A stretch of DNA of 64,000 bases from an uncultured Candidatus Saccharibacteria bacterium (GTDB taxonomy: Bacteria; Patescibacteriota; Saccharimonadia; Saccharimonadales; JALRHH01), in assembly GCA_964474995.1 (NCBI GenBank), contig CAYYUY010000001.1:18123-82122 (forward strand), read 5' to 3'. The notes beneath the pieces were generated by a model, which did not search any database, was not told the DNA's origin, and worked only from the letters and a program-made list of their open reading frames with translations. The position numbers were made by a program, and so were the translations under genes. Positions 8,507-18,043 of this stretch are shown here, piece by piece. The first letter of the stretch is position 1. Every line of letters starts with the position of its first letter.

Positions 8507-9540
8507 TTATTAGCTACTTGGGCTGCTGCATCTTTGCCGATAAAGTGGGCGATAGAGGCGTTTGCGACTTCGTGCAATACTTTGATTCGGCTTTCTTCGT
8601 CTGAGCCTCTAGTAAATACAACAATCACGTAAGGGTGTGAGCCATTATCAATGATCACACCATCGTGGCTACGATCCTCAAGCCAGCCTGATTTGTGGTA
8701 AACATTCAGTCCGCCAGGCAGTGCGCTTGGTATGTAGACAGTCTTGTTGGCGTTTTTCATATGTCCAAGCAGTAGTGCTTGGTCTGATTTATTGAGGAGT
8801 TTTCCTTGGTAGAGCTTGGTGAGTAGAATAGCAAGATCACGTGACTTCATCTGGTTGTCAGCATTGGTGTAAGTGGTCATACCGATTGCGTTCGCGGTGT
8901 TTTGAAGTGTTTTATGCCCAACCTTAGCATTGATTGCGGCCCATGCGTTGTTGTCACTGACTTCAATCATTGCAGTCAGTAAATCACTGGCTGGTTGACC
9001 GCTAAGTTTATCAGTCAGCTTGATCTTCCCGGCTTCGACCTGCTGTAGTAATGCAATAGCACTTACCATTTTGCCAGTGCTGGCTGCCTCAAACTTTACA
9101 TCAAGTCCGTAGTTGTAGCTTTCGTCAGAGCTAAGATCAGTAATTGAAACACTGGTGTTTATTTCTTTGTGTGCAGCTATGACGGCATTGATAGCATTTG
9201 CCATCTCAGTCGTTGAAGTGGTTTCTACCACTGGTTGTTTAATTGTTTCAACAGTTTGTGTATCGCCAAGTACTTTTTGTTCGCGGTGTGTCTGCGGCTG
9301 TGCGCTTGATTTGGTTTCGCCACCAAGTAACTTGCCGCCTATGCCAACTCCACCACCGATAATAGCTAGCGTGACAAACACTGGTATGAGATGTAATCGA
9401 CGGCTTGGCGGGGCGCTAGTGGGAGTAGTTCCACGAGTGATGAATGGGTATTCTGGTCGCGCTGGTCCGTAGGTATAACTGGTCTGAAACTGCCTTCTCT
9501 GGCGTTGGAGCTCTCGAATTTGATTGCGCGGTACCGACAT
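8503..9540 (-). CDS. Membrane-anchored serine hydrolase with class A beta-lactamase fold
   Basis: Arg-rich cytoplasmic tail plus one TM, then SxxK (STGK), SDN (EVSDNN) and KSG (HKSGW) motifs. I saw no obvious omega-loop Glu166 equivalent. Confidence 0.72.
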   Translation of the reverse strand: MSVPRNQIRELQRQRRQFQTSYTYGPARPEYPFITRGTTPTSAPPSRRLHLIPVFVTLAIIGGGVGIGGKLLGGETKSSAQPQTHREQKVLGDTQTVETIKQPVVETTSTTEMANAINAVIAAHKEINTSVSITDLSSDESYNYGLDVKFEAASTGKMVSAIALLQQVEAGKIKLTDKLSGQPASDLLTAMIEVSDNNAWAAINAKVGHKTLQNTANAIGMTTYTNADNQMKSRDLAILLTKLYQGKLLNKSDQALLLGHMKNANKTVYIPSALPGGLNVYHKSGWLEDRSHDGVIIDNGSHPYVIVVFTRGSDEESRIKVLHEVANASIAHFIGKDAAAQVANN

Positions 9541-9691
9541 ATAGATATAAAACCCTTTAAGAGTACTTTATCAAACCTCAAGCATAAGTGAAACTTATGA
9601 GAGCTGCCTGAGAACAGGTGAAATGTGGATAATAACAATGGAGTGGCTTACAATGGAGGATATAACCTTGAGGGAAAACAGAAGCTTCATC

Positions 9692-10366
9692 ATGCCCGAA
9701 CTAACCTATAACACAACCAGCGACAAGCAATTAGTTGCAGATGCCATAGCTAAGGTAATAACTGCACAGCTTCAGGCTGGACATAAGGTGTTATGGCTTG
9801 TGCCTGGCGGTTCGGCGATTGCTGTTGCTGTCTTGGTCGCACAGCAGCTGAGGGAGATTGAACATAGCGGCCTGGCCGTGAGTTTAACTGATGAACGCTA
9901 CGGTCCCGTGGGTTATGTGGACTCAAATTGGCAGCAGTTAGTACTCGCGGGATTCTCGTTGCCACAAGCACGGCTATTGCCGGTACTGACTGGTGCAGAT
10001 CTAGCCGAGACAACGCTTCGGTTTGACACCATCTTGCAACATGAGCTCACCACGGCTGATTATTCGATTGGGGTTTTTGGTATCGGACCTGACGGACATA
10101 CTGCAGGTATATTGCCAGGTAGCCCAGCCGTTCATGCAACTGACCTCGCTGCTGCTTACAGCACGCCACAGTTTGAGCGAGTAACGATGACACCGGTAGC
10201 AATTGCACAGCTTGATGAGGCAATTGTATTTGCGGTCGGAAGCGAAAAGTGGCCAACGCTCCAGGCGCTTGGTATGGTTAATAATATTGATGTGCAGCCT
10301 GCCCAAGTTTTGAAACAGGTGCCACGATTGACAATCTATAGTGATTATAAAGAAGGAGTAGTATGA
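9692..10366 (+). CDS. pgl: 6-phosphogluconolactonase
   Basis: LVPGGSA and GIGPDGHTAGILPGS motifs of the DevB/Pgl family. ATGA overlap with gnd. The start is uncertain (in-frame Mets between 9623 and 9692). 9692 gives a typical N-terminal length. Confidence 0.78.
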   Translation: MPELTYNTTSDKQLVADAIAKVITAQLQAGHKVLWLVPGGSAIAVAVLVAQQLREIEHSGLAVSLTDERYGPVGYVDSNWQQLVLAGFSLPQARLLPVLTGADLAETTLRFDTILQHELTTADYSIGVFGIGPDGHTAGILPGSPAVHATDLAAAYSTPQFERVTMTPVAIAQLDEAIVFAVGSEKWPTLQALGMVNNIDVQPAQVLKQVPRLTIYSDYKEGVV

Positions 10367-11271
10367 AAATAGCAGTATCAGGCCTCGGTAAAATGGGTAT
10401 GCAAATCGCCCGCAAACTTGCAGAAGATGGACATGAAGTCATCGCCCACAATCGCAGCCCAGAATCAGTTAACCAGGCAGCTACGTACGGCGCCACGGCA
10501 GCCTATACCAAAGATGACGTTGTGAAGGCATTCGGCACCGACCAAGTTATTTTATGGATTATGTTGCCAGCTGACGTAGTTGATGCACAGGTGGACGAAT
10601 GGCTGACATTGATACCAAAAGGCAGCATTATTATCGATGGCGGTAACTCAGATTTCCGATTGACTCAGAAATTGAACACCGTGATTACAGCTGCAGGCTC
10701 ATATCTCATTGATGTTGGTACAAGTGGCGGTGTGTGGGGCTACCAAAATGGTTTCTCGATGATGGTTGGCAGTGATGAACAAACAGCAGTTGCAACGCTT
10801 GAACCAGGGCTCAAGACCTTGGCAGCTCCTGAGGGTGCGTATTTTCATTTTGGTCCAAGTGGGAGTGGTCATTTCGTAAAAATGACTCACAACGCCGTGG
10901 AGTATGGCATGATGGAGTCACTGGCCGAGGGGTATCGAATGCTCAAAGATGGTCCATATAAGGCGCTTGATCTTGCTGCTGCTGGGGATGTTTGGCAGCA
11001 CCACAGTGTGATTACTTCATGGCTCAATGAGCTGAGTCGTGATGCACTCCGTGAGAACCCTGAGCTAGATGGTATCGAAGGTTTTGTGGCTGAATCAGGC
11101 GAGGCACGTTGGACGTTGGAAGCTGCCGAAACGGCGGGTATTCCGCTGCCGGCTATTCAAGCAGCATTTGACGTTCGACTCGCATCCCAAAAAGGTCAGG
11201 TAAACTTTGCAACCAAGCTACTAGCAGCAATGCGTAACGCATTTGGCGGACATAAGATCAATAATGACTAA
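10363..11271 (+). CDS. gnd: 6-phosphogluconate dehydrogenase, decarboxylating (short, about 300-aa form)
   Basis: MKIAVSGLGKMGMQIARKL NAD(P) fold, the GGNS motif and HFVKMTHNAVEYGMM. Sits between pgl and zwf. Confidence 0.85.
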   Translation: MKIAVSGLGKMGMQIARKLAEDGHEVIAHNRSPESVNQAATYGATAAYTKDDVVKAFGTDQVILWIMLPADVVDAQVDEWLTLIPKGSIIIDGGNSDFRLTQKLNTVITAAGSYLIDVGTSGGVWGYQNGFSMMVGSDEQTAVATLEPGLKTLAAPEGAYFHFGPSGSGHFVKMTHNAVEYGMMESLAEGYRMLKDGPYKALDLAAAGDVWQHHSVITSWLNELSRDALRENPELDGIEGFVAESGEARWTLEAAETAGIPLPAIQAAFDVRLASQKGQVNFATKLLAAMRNAFGGHKINND

Positions 11272-12586
11272 GCCCACAATTCTCGTTATTGTTGGCATTA
11301 CCGGTGACCTTGCAAAACGGAAGCTGCTACCTGCCATCAGCCAGATTGCTCGTTCTGGGGCAATCCCAGAAAAATTTCAAATTGTTGGTGTGAGCCGGCG
11401 TAGTGATATCGCACTCGGCGATCTATTGAAGGATGTCGACAATCTCGAGTATATTCTCGAACATACTAAACTGTTTCAAATGGATTTAGGTGAGGCGGAC
11501 GCATATGAGCGCCTTGACCACTATTTGCGAGACATAGAAGAAAGCTTTGGAGAGCCCACTCAACGGCTATTTTATCTCTCGGTACCACCGCAGGCTTCAC
11601 AGTCAATCATTGAATTACTTGGTTCATCGAGCTTAGTAAAAAATAGCGAACCAAAACTGTTGCTCGAAAAGCCATTTGGCATGGATCTTGCAAGTGCATC
11701 TGATCTGATTACACACATAGACAAATATTTTTTGCCTGAGCAGATATATCGTATTGATCATTATCTTGCCAAAGAGATGGCCCAGAATCTTATTATTTTT
11801 CGTGAAGAAAATGTGCTTTTCAAGAACACGTGGAACAAAGATTTTATCAAGAGCATTCATATTACTGCCACCGAACAGATAGGCATTGAAGGCAGGGCAG
11901 AGTTCTATGAACAGACGGGTGCGCTCCGCGATATTGTTCAGAGTCATTTGCTACAGCTTGCAGCACTAACACTGATGGACAACCCGCAACCCGATAAGCT
12001 CAATCAAGTGCCGGCTCGTCGTCTCCTTGCATTGCAACAACTGCGTATCGATTCCCAGAAACCTGTTACAGAGTCTGTGAAGCGTGGGCAGTATAAGACG
12101 TATCGTCAAGAAGTAGACAACCAAACCAGTGAAGTCGAAACGTTTGTGTCATTGACGCTTCGATCATCTGATGAACGTTGGAAAGGTGTGCCTGTTACTA
12201 TCACAACTGGCAAGGCAATGAAGGACAAAAATACTGAGATTCGAATTACATACCAGCCTGAAGATCATCTCGAAGCCAACGAATTGATACTGCATCTGCA
12301 GCCAAATGAAGGGGTTGAGTTATGTCTGTGGACCAAGCAGCCTGGGTATGACCAGCAGTTCGAGAAACGTTCATTACAGTTCACCTACCCAGAGAATGAG
12401 CGCCTCCCAGAAGCCTATGAGCGAGTTTTTTTGGATGCGATCAAATCCGACCATAATTTGTTCGTGACGGATGAGGAAATTCTCGAAACCTGGCGAATTC
12501 TCGATCCGGTACAACGATCATGGGACGAATCCTCTGACGATATTATGCTCTATGACTCAGGCACAGATATCACGACGCTAATTTAG
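11264..12586 (+). CDS. zwf: Glucose-6-phosphate 1-dehydrogenase
   Basis: GITGDLAKRKLLPA and the active-site peptide RIDHYLAKE. The start ATG at 11264 overlaps the gnd stop (ATGACTAA). The track start at 11243 adds a non-homologous extension. Confidence 0.9.
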   Translation: MTKPTILVIVGITGDLAKRKLLPAISQIARSGAIPEKFQIVGVSRRSDIALGDLLKDVDNLEYILEHTKLFQMDLGEADAYERLDHYLRDIEESFGEPTQRLFYLSVPPQASQSIIELLGSSSLVKNSEPKLLLEKPFGMDLASASDLITHIDKYFLPEQIYRIDHYLAKEMAQNLIIFREENVLFKNTWNKDFIKSIHITATEQIGIEGRAEFYEQTGALRDIVQSHLLQLAALTLMDNPQPDKLNQVPARRLLALQQLRIDSQKPVTESVKRGQYKTYRQEVDNQTSEVETFVSLTLRSSDERWKGVPVTITTGKAMKDKNTEIRITYQPEDHLEANELILHLQPNEGVELCLWTKQPGYDQQFEKRSLQFTYPENERLPEAYERVFLDAIKSDHNLFVTDEEILETWRILDPVQRSWDESSDDIMLYDSGTDITTLI

Positions 12587-12629
12587 CGAATGTAGCATAG
12601 GACCTCTGTGATATAGTAGAGTCCATATT

Positions 12630-13592
12630 ATGACAAAATCAGACTACGCAATACAGGTAAAAGGACTCAGAAAATCCTACGGCACAAACGAAGTATTGCG
12701 TGGCATTGATCTAGAAGTTGAGCCTGGCACTATGCTTGCATTACTCGGTCCAAACGGTGCCGGCAAGACCACAACCGTTCGCATACTCAGTACGTTGCTT
12801 CATTATGACAAAGGCAGCGTGCAGGTTGCTGGGTTTGACGTTGCACACCAGGCAGACGATGTCCGTGGTGTAATTGGACTTACGGGTCAATCAGCAGCAG
12901 TTGATGAACTACTTACGGGTCGTGAGAATTTGGTTATGATGGGTCGGCTCTACCGTCTAACCAAACAAAGTGCTACGGCGCGTGCGAAGGAACTACTTAC
13001 ACAATTTGATCTCGTAAAAGCGGCTGATCGTCCAGCCAAGACGTACTCGGGTGGTATGCGTCGTCGTCTCGACCTTGCGGTCAGCCTCATCGCTACGCCA
13101 CCAATTATTTTTCTTGACGAACCGACGACTGGACTCGACCCGCGATCTCGTCTTGCGATGTGGGATATTATCAAAAAGTTGATGGCTGATGGTACAACTA
13201 TTTTGCTGACAACACAGTACCTTGAGGAGGCTGATCAACTGGCCGACCAAATTGTGGTTATTGACGGTGGCAAGGTGATCGCCAAAGGTACCGCTTCTGA
13301 GCTCAAGAGCAAAATTGGCAAAGACCGCTTGGAGCTAACTTTCAAAAATACTACGGCACTTGATGTCGCCAAGAAAACACTTGGCAAAGCAGTCATTGAT
13401 ATTAATGACAAAGAATATTCGCTTAGTCTGACCATTACGGACACTAATAAGGATGTTAAAAACGTTCTGGATAAGTTAGCGAGTACCAAAGCAGTGATCA
13501 CCTCAATAGCGGTTCATAAGCCAACACTTGATGATGTATTCTTGTCACTCACTGGCAAGCAGAAGCCAGCAAAGAAAGCAGAGGATAAGTAA
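12630..13592 (+). CDS. ABC transporter ATP-binding protein (DrrA / ABC-2 type)
   Basis: Walker A GPNGAGKTT, signature YSGGMRRRLDLA, Walker B IIFLDEPTTGLD. Confidence 0.9.
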   Translation: MTKSDYAIQVKGLRKSYGTNEVLRGIDLEVEPGTMLALLGPNGAGKTTTVRILSTLLHYDKGSVQVAGFDVAHQADDVRGVIGLTGQSAAVDELLTGRENLVMMGRLYRLTKQSATARAKELLTQFDLVKAADRPAKTYSGGMRRRLDLAVSLIATPPIIFLDEPTTGLDPRSRLAMWDIIKKLMADGTTILLTTQYLEEADQLADQIVVIDGGKVIAKGTASELKSKIGKDRLELTFKNTTALDVAKKTLGKAVIDINDKEYSLSLTITDTNKDVKNVLDKLASTKAVITSIAVHKPTLDDVFLSLTGKQKPAKKAEDK

Positions 13593-14402
13593 GTGGCAGT
13601 TGTACTTGAATTTGAAAAGAAACCAAAGCTTGTTCTCTATGTCATCGACTCATTGATCATGATTAAGCGTAGTAGCACGCATATTATCCGTAATACCGAT
13701 CAGCTGCTTGGTGCGTTCTTCCAGCCAATAATGTTCCTCGTACTATTTGCGGCAGTGTTTGGTGGCGCAGTCAAAGGATCACTCCCCGAAGGGGTCAGCT
13801 ATCTCAACTTTCTGATGGCCGGTATCATTGTGCAAACTGTTGCGTTTGGATCAACCACAACGGCAGTTGCTGTCTGTAATGACCTTCAAAAGGGTATCGT
13901 TGATCGTTTCCGCTCGCTACCTATGGCAAATTTGGCGGTGCTTAACGGTCATGTGATATCCGACCTCTTCCGTAATACTATCTCTACGACCGTGATGCTA
14001 CTTACCGGACTCGTGATTGGCTTTCGTAGCCACGCGAGCATTACGCATTGGCTCGCCATTATCGGCATTTTGATGCTATTTACGTTTGCATTTTCGTGGC
14101 TTGCGGCGATTGTCGGTGTCATTGCAAAGAGTGTCGAAGCGGTTCAGTGGTTGACGTTTGTATTTATCTTCCCATTAACGTTTGCAAGTAGCGCATTTGT
14201 GCCAGCCGAAAGCATGCCATCGGTTCTTAAGGCTTTTGCCGAGAACCAGCCAATCACACAAGTAGTCGATGCAGTCCGCGCACTGATGCTCAACACACCA
14301 GTCCATAACTACGCGTGGCTATCAGTTGTTTGGAGTATCGGTATCCTGGTCGTTAGTATTCCGCTAGCGTCTATTTTGTTCCGTCGCAAAGCGGCAAATT
14401 AG
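13593..14402 (+). CDS. ABC-2 type transporter permease
   Basis: Six predicted TM segments. GTG start directly abuts the ATPase stop. Typical DrrB-like arrangement. Confidence 0.8.
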   Translation: MAVVLEFEKKPKLVLYVIDSLIMIKRSSTHIIRNTDQLLGAFFQPIMFLVLFAAVFGGAVKGSLPEGVSYLNFLMAGIIVQTVAFGSTTTAVAVCNDLQKGIVDRFRSLPMANLAVLNGHVISDLFRNTISTTVMLLTGLVIGFRSHASITHWLAIIGILMLFTFAFSWLAAIVGVIAKSVEAVQWLTFVFIFPLTFASSAFVPAESMPSVLKAFAENQPITQVVDAVRALMLNTPVHNYAWLSVVWSIGILVVSIPLASILFRRKAAN

Positions 14403-14444
14403 TCCTAGTCGTCTTATACTGTATGTATAAGCGGAGGAACTACT

Positions 14445-14795
14445 ATGTTTAAAGGTCTCAAGTCGGTCATTTATCCATCAGCCAATCTCGAGGCTGATCA
14501 AAAATTCTGGGAAAATATTACTGGCATTGCACCGTACTTTGCGCAACCGTACTATGTTGGGTTCAATATCAACGGTTGTGAATTAGGCTTGGATCCAAAC
14601 GCTGCCAAAGATGGCATAACGTATCCGATTGCTTACTGGAATGTTGAAAACGTAACCCAGGCGAGCGAACAGCTTATCGCAAGTGGCGCAGCAATCAATG
14701 CCGAAGCCAGAGATGTCGGTGGTGGTATGATGATGGCCACCTTCAAAGACGCAAGTGGCAATATATTTGGGATCATCGACGATCCGAGCTTGTAG
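14445..14795 (+). CDS. VOC / glyoxalase-bleomycin-resistance family protein
   Basis: Size and the C-terminal pattern (MMMATFKDASGNIFGIID) are typical of VOC-fold proteins. GGAGGA SD upstream. Confidence 0.7.
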   Translation: MFKGLKSVIYPSANLEADQKFWENITGIAPYFAQPYYVGFNINGCELGLDPNAAKDGITYPIAYWNVENVTQASEQLIASGAAINAEARDVGGGMMMATFKDASGNIFGIIDDPSL

Positions 14796-14803
14796 GTATT
14801 TTG

Positions 14804-15103
14804 CTAGCGTGGGCTGACGTACCAGACGCAGCCAGATATACCAGCAGTGGCTTGGTAGGCATTGTTGGCAGGGATACGAATCGCATCGCCGGGCTGCATA
14901 GAGAAGCTCTGTTCGTTTATTTGCAAAGCAAAAGAACCTTCGGCACACCACAGTGCGTAGTCATGCTCAAAACTGCCGCTAAACTCTTCAAATTCCGTTA
15001 CAGCAAAACGCTGAGAGGTGATATTCCTAGCTTCAAGGAACGCAACTAGCTCTTCCTCAGAAGATTCGTATACCTTTGACCATCGTAATTTTTGTAGCTG
15101 CAT
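14804..15103 (-). CDS. Cupin domain protein
   Basis: About 100 aa with a cupin-like beta-barrel core (FEHDYALWCAEGSFALQINEQSFSMQPGDAIRIPAN). Lies 5 nt downstream of the ABC exporter gene. Confidence 0.62.
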   Translation of the reverse strand: MQLQKLRWSKVYESSEEELVAFLEARNITSQRFAVTEFEEFSGSFEHDYALWCAEGSFALQINEQSFSMQPGDAIRIPANNAYQATAGISGCVWYVSPR

Positions 15104-15108
15104 AATAC

Positions 15109-16887
15109 TTATTCTATCTCGTATTTCTGAAGTTTCTTTTTGTCTGCTTCTGCGCCACTTTGTTGGAGATGTAGGAGCTGTGCGTAGATACCATCACTCT
15201 TGGCAAGTTTCTTTGGCGTGCCGATTTCGTCGGCTTTACCATTGATAAGCGTGACAATAGTATCAACTGCTTCAATTGTGCTGAGACGGTGAGCAATGAT
15301 TAGTGTGGTGCGGCCCTTCATGAGTCGCTCAAGTGCTTGTTGTACGAGTCGTTCGCTCTTGGTGTCGAGACTGCTAGTGGCTTCATCAAGTATGAGTATT
15401 GGCGCATCTTTGAGCAGGGCACGGGCGATTGCAATTCGTTGTTTTTGGCCGCCACTGAGCTTGAGTCCGCGTTCACCGATTTCGCTATCGTAGCCATGTT
15501 CAAATTTGTCGATGAATTCATGAGCGTTGGCTGCTCGTGCCGCCGCTTCAATGGCTTCACGTGTGGCATCTGGCCGTGCGTAGGCAATGTTTTCCTTGAT
15601 AGTACCACTGAAGAGTGCTGGCTCTTGGAATACGACAGCAATGTTGCTACGTAGGCTTTGCTGGGTGACTGTAGTGATGTCTTGTCCGTCGATAGTGATA
15701 CTACCCTTGGTTGGTTCATAGAGCCGCAGAAGCAGACTGGTAACGGTGGTCTTGCCTTGGCCACTCTCACCGACGAGTGCGAGTTTGCTATCGGCAGGAA
15801 TAGCGAATGATAGTTTTTTAAGAACGTGGTCATCTTTTTCGTAGCCAAACTCGACGTCATTGAATTTGATAACACCGTCAGTCACAACCAGCGATTTTGC
15901 GTTCTTTATATCTTGGATCTCAGGTTTTTCATCGATTGCCAAGAAGTAGTCACGGCTATCGGCAATTGCGCGTTGTGTTCGGTCTACGTAGAAGCTCAGG
16001 CTAAAGAGTGGCAGGCGCACAAGCTGGACGAACTGTACAAGCAGCACCATGGTGCCAAGCGTGTATTTTCCTTGCGCCGTGCCGACAAAAATTATGGCGT
16101 ACATTGCCAGGAACAATACTGACAAGACAAAGCGACGAAGCACATCCTGGCTGTGCCAGTATCGACTCTGTGGGCGAGTAGTGCCAATGATCAGATCAAG
16201 TAAATTGGTGTAATGCTTGAGCTCAAGCTTTTCATGGACAAAGCTTTTGACGACGCGCACTTGCCCAACGCTTTCAGCGAATCGACCACTGGCCTCGTCG
16301 GTGTATTTGTTGACATCCTTTTGGTAGGCTTGCCACTTGGCACTGCTCCTGGTGGTCAGCCACGCATAAGTAGGGAATAAGATCAGCAATATGATTGCCA
16401 CCGGCCATGCGTAAAACGCCACGATTGCGACCGTAAAAATAGTACTTACGATGAGCTGTAAGAAGTTATTGGCTACGAACTGCATGTAATCAGTCAATTG
16501 TGAAACACCGCGGTTCAACCGGTTTATGATGGTTCCAGTTAGCTCGGTGTCGAAGTATCGCTGAGGGAGCGTCAGTATATGACTGTAGTAGCGAGTGCTC
16601 AGGAGTCGCCGCAGTTTGGCTGCTAGTAGATCACCATAATATCCACCAATATTGCTGACCATTGTCTGCGCCAAATCGCATAGAAATATCGCAACTACAA
16701 TTACTACGATTGGTGTGATTGTGGTGTTGTGTGTCTGTAATCCGGCGCTGATGTGGTCGATAGCTGATTTGGTTAGTAGCGGGATGGCCTGTGTTAGTAA
16801 TGCAACCACAACACTAAATGCAGACACGGTGGCATAAAACGGCCACAACTCACCAGTAAACCGGACAATACGGAAAATATTCTTCAT
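15109..16887 (-). CDS. ABC exporter, fused permease/ATPase (MsbA/type I exporter-like)
   Basis: Six-TM N-terminal domain. Walker A GESGQGKTT, signature LSGGQKQRIAIARAL, Walker B ILILDEATSSLD. Confidence 0.9.
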   Translation of the reverse strand: MKNIFRIVRFTGELWPFYATVSAFSVVVALLTQAIPLLTKSAIDHISAGLQTHNTTITPIVVIVVAIFLCDLAQTMVSNIGGYYGDLLAAKLRRLLSTRYYSHILTLPQRYFDTELTGTIINRLNRGVSQLTDYMQFVANNFLQLIVSTIFTVAIVAFYAWPVAIILLILFPTYAWLTTRSSAKWQAYQKDVNKYTDEASGRFAESVGQVRVVKSFVHEKLELKHYTNLLDLIIGTTRPQSRYWHSQDVLRRFVLSVLFLAMYAIIFVGTAQGKYTLGTMVLLVQFVQLVRLPLFSLSFYVDRTQRAIADSRDYFLAIDEKPEIQDIKNAKSLVVTDGVIKFNDVEFGYEKDDHVLKKLSFAIPADSKLALVGESGQGKTTVTSLLLRLYEPTKGSITIDGQDITTVTQQSLRSNIAVVFQEPALFSGTIKENIAYARPDATREAIEAAARAANAHEFIDKFEHGYDSEIGERGLKLSGGQKQRIAIARALLKDAPILILDEATSSLDTKSERLVQQALERLMKGRTTLIIAHRLSTIEAVDTIVTLINGKADEIGTPKKLAKSDGIYAQLLHLQQSGAEADKKKLQKYEIE

Positions 16888-16895
16888 TAGTTATT

Positions 16896-16901
16896 AGTAT
16901 A
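16896..16901 (-). promoter_or_regulatory. -10 box TATACT, 8 nt upstream of ATG 16887
   Basis: The minus strand reads CGCTATACT-AATAACTA-ATG. Confidence 0.5.
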
Positions 16902-16995
16902 GCGTGGAGATAGTATTAGGCACAGGTACTAATTGTTTGTAGTTCTTATAGCATAAGCGTAAAATCAGGTATGCAATATAACTAAGGAAATCACC

Positions 16996-17613
16996 ATGCG
17001 AATTATGACGAAGATAGGTCTTCTTACTATGAGTTTAGCAATAATAGCGGTGTCCGGTTTTCCGGCCTTAGCCCTCGGTGCGGCTAACTCTCATGCCAAT
17101 GCCCAAGCAACCGAGGCTACGACGACTACACAGACGACCGAGCCAGGTAGCCAGGCTACAGACAAAAAAGCAGCAGCCCAGACAAAGTTGGCAGATGCCA
17201 AGCTCAAAGCATGTCAGAACAGAGAAAAAGCCATCAACAACATCATGAGCCGCATAGCTGATCGTGGCCAGAAGCAGTTAGACTTATTTAACTCGATTGC
17301 TACTAAAACAGAAACGTTCTACACAGATAAAGGCAAAACGCTCAGTAACTACGATGCACTAGTCGCAGACGTGACCGCTAAAAAAGCCGCAGCCCAGACA
17401 GCAGTTGATGCCGTTAAGGCAAAGAGCAGCACTTTTAGCTGTGATGGTAGTGATCCGAAGGGCACAGCAGCGGTATTTAAGGATTCACTCAAAGGTGAGA
17501 TTTCAGTACTGAAAGATTACAAAACCTCAGTCAAAAATCTAATCGTAGGGGTAAAATCAGTCCAAGGTACCACTACTTCAGCAGACAATAAGACCACGGG
17601 AGATAACCAATAA
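16996..17613 (+). CDS. Secreted, Ala/Thr/Lys-rich helical protein of unknown function
   Basis: Signal peptide (LLTMSLAIIAVSGFPALALGAANS), a low-complexity T-rich linker and two Cys. AAGGAA SD. The stop shares a base with the next ATG (TAATG). Confidence 0.6.
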   Translation: MRIMTKIGLLTMSLAIIAVSGFPALALGAANSHANAQATEATTTTQTTEPGSQATDKKAAAQTKLADAKLKACQNREKAINNIMSRIADRGQKQLDLFNSIATKTETFYTDKGKTLSNYDALVADVTAKKAAAQTAVDAVKAKSSTFSCDGSDPKGTAAVFKDSLKGEISVLKDYKTSVKNLIVGVKSVQGTTTSADNKTTGDNQ

Positions 17614-17921
17614 TGCGTATTCAGACCAACCAATCAGGTTTTTCGATCATTGAACTTACCATCGTATTAGTAGTTGTCGTGGTTCTTGGCTTTGTGGGTC
17701 GTAGTGTCTACGATCGTCAACAAGCAAAAACTGCTAGCGACTCCGGAACGAGTCAAAGCACTAACGGCCAATCCCCTAAGGCGAGTGATGTCGCATCTGC
17801 TCCAAATGTCAGCTCTGCGAGTGATTTGGATAAAGCTGCAGCGGTACTTGATAAGACCGACCCCGGCGGCAGTAACAACAGTGATGCCAACCAGCTTGAT
17901 AGCCAGTTGTCTAGTTTCTAG
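17613..17921 (+). CDS. Prepilin-type N-terminal cleavage/methylation domain protein (mini type IV pilin-like)
   Basis: Class III signal MRIQTNQSG|FSIIELTIVLVVVVVL has Gly-1, Phe+1 and Glu+5. The rest is a Ser/Asp/Asn-rich, apparently disordered tail without Cys. Confidence 0.7.
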   Translation: MRIQTNQSGFSIIELTIVLVVVVVLGFVGRSVYDRQQAKTASDSGTSQSTNGQSPKASDVASAPNVSSASDLDKAAAVLDKTDPGGSNNSDANQLDSQLSSF

Positions 17922-18043
17922 ACCAAAGTCAGATAAATTATATATTGCAGCAGTACTACCGAAAAAGTAATGCAGGTAGTGAGTGGGGTATGTCCATCAG
18001 TTATGTGGTGAACTGATATAACTTAGAATGCGTAACTGAACCT

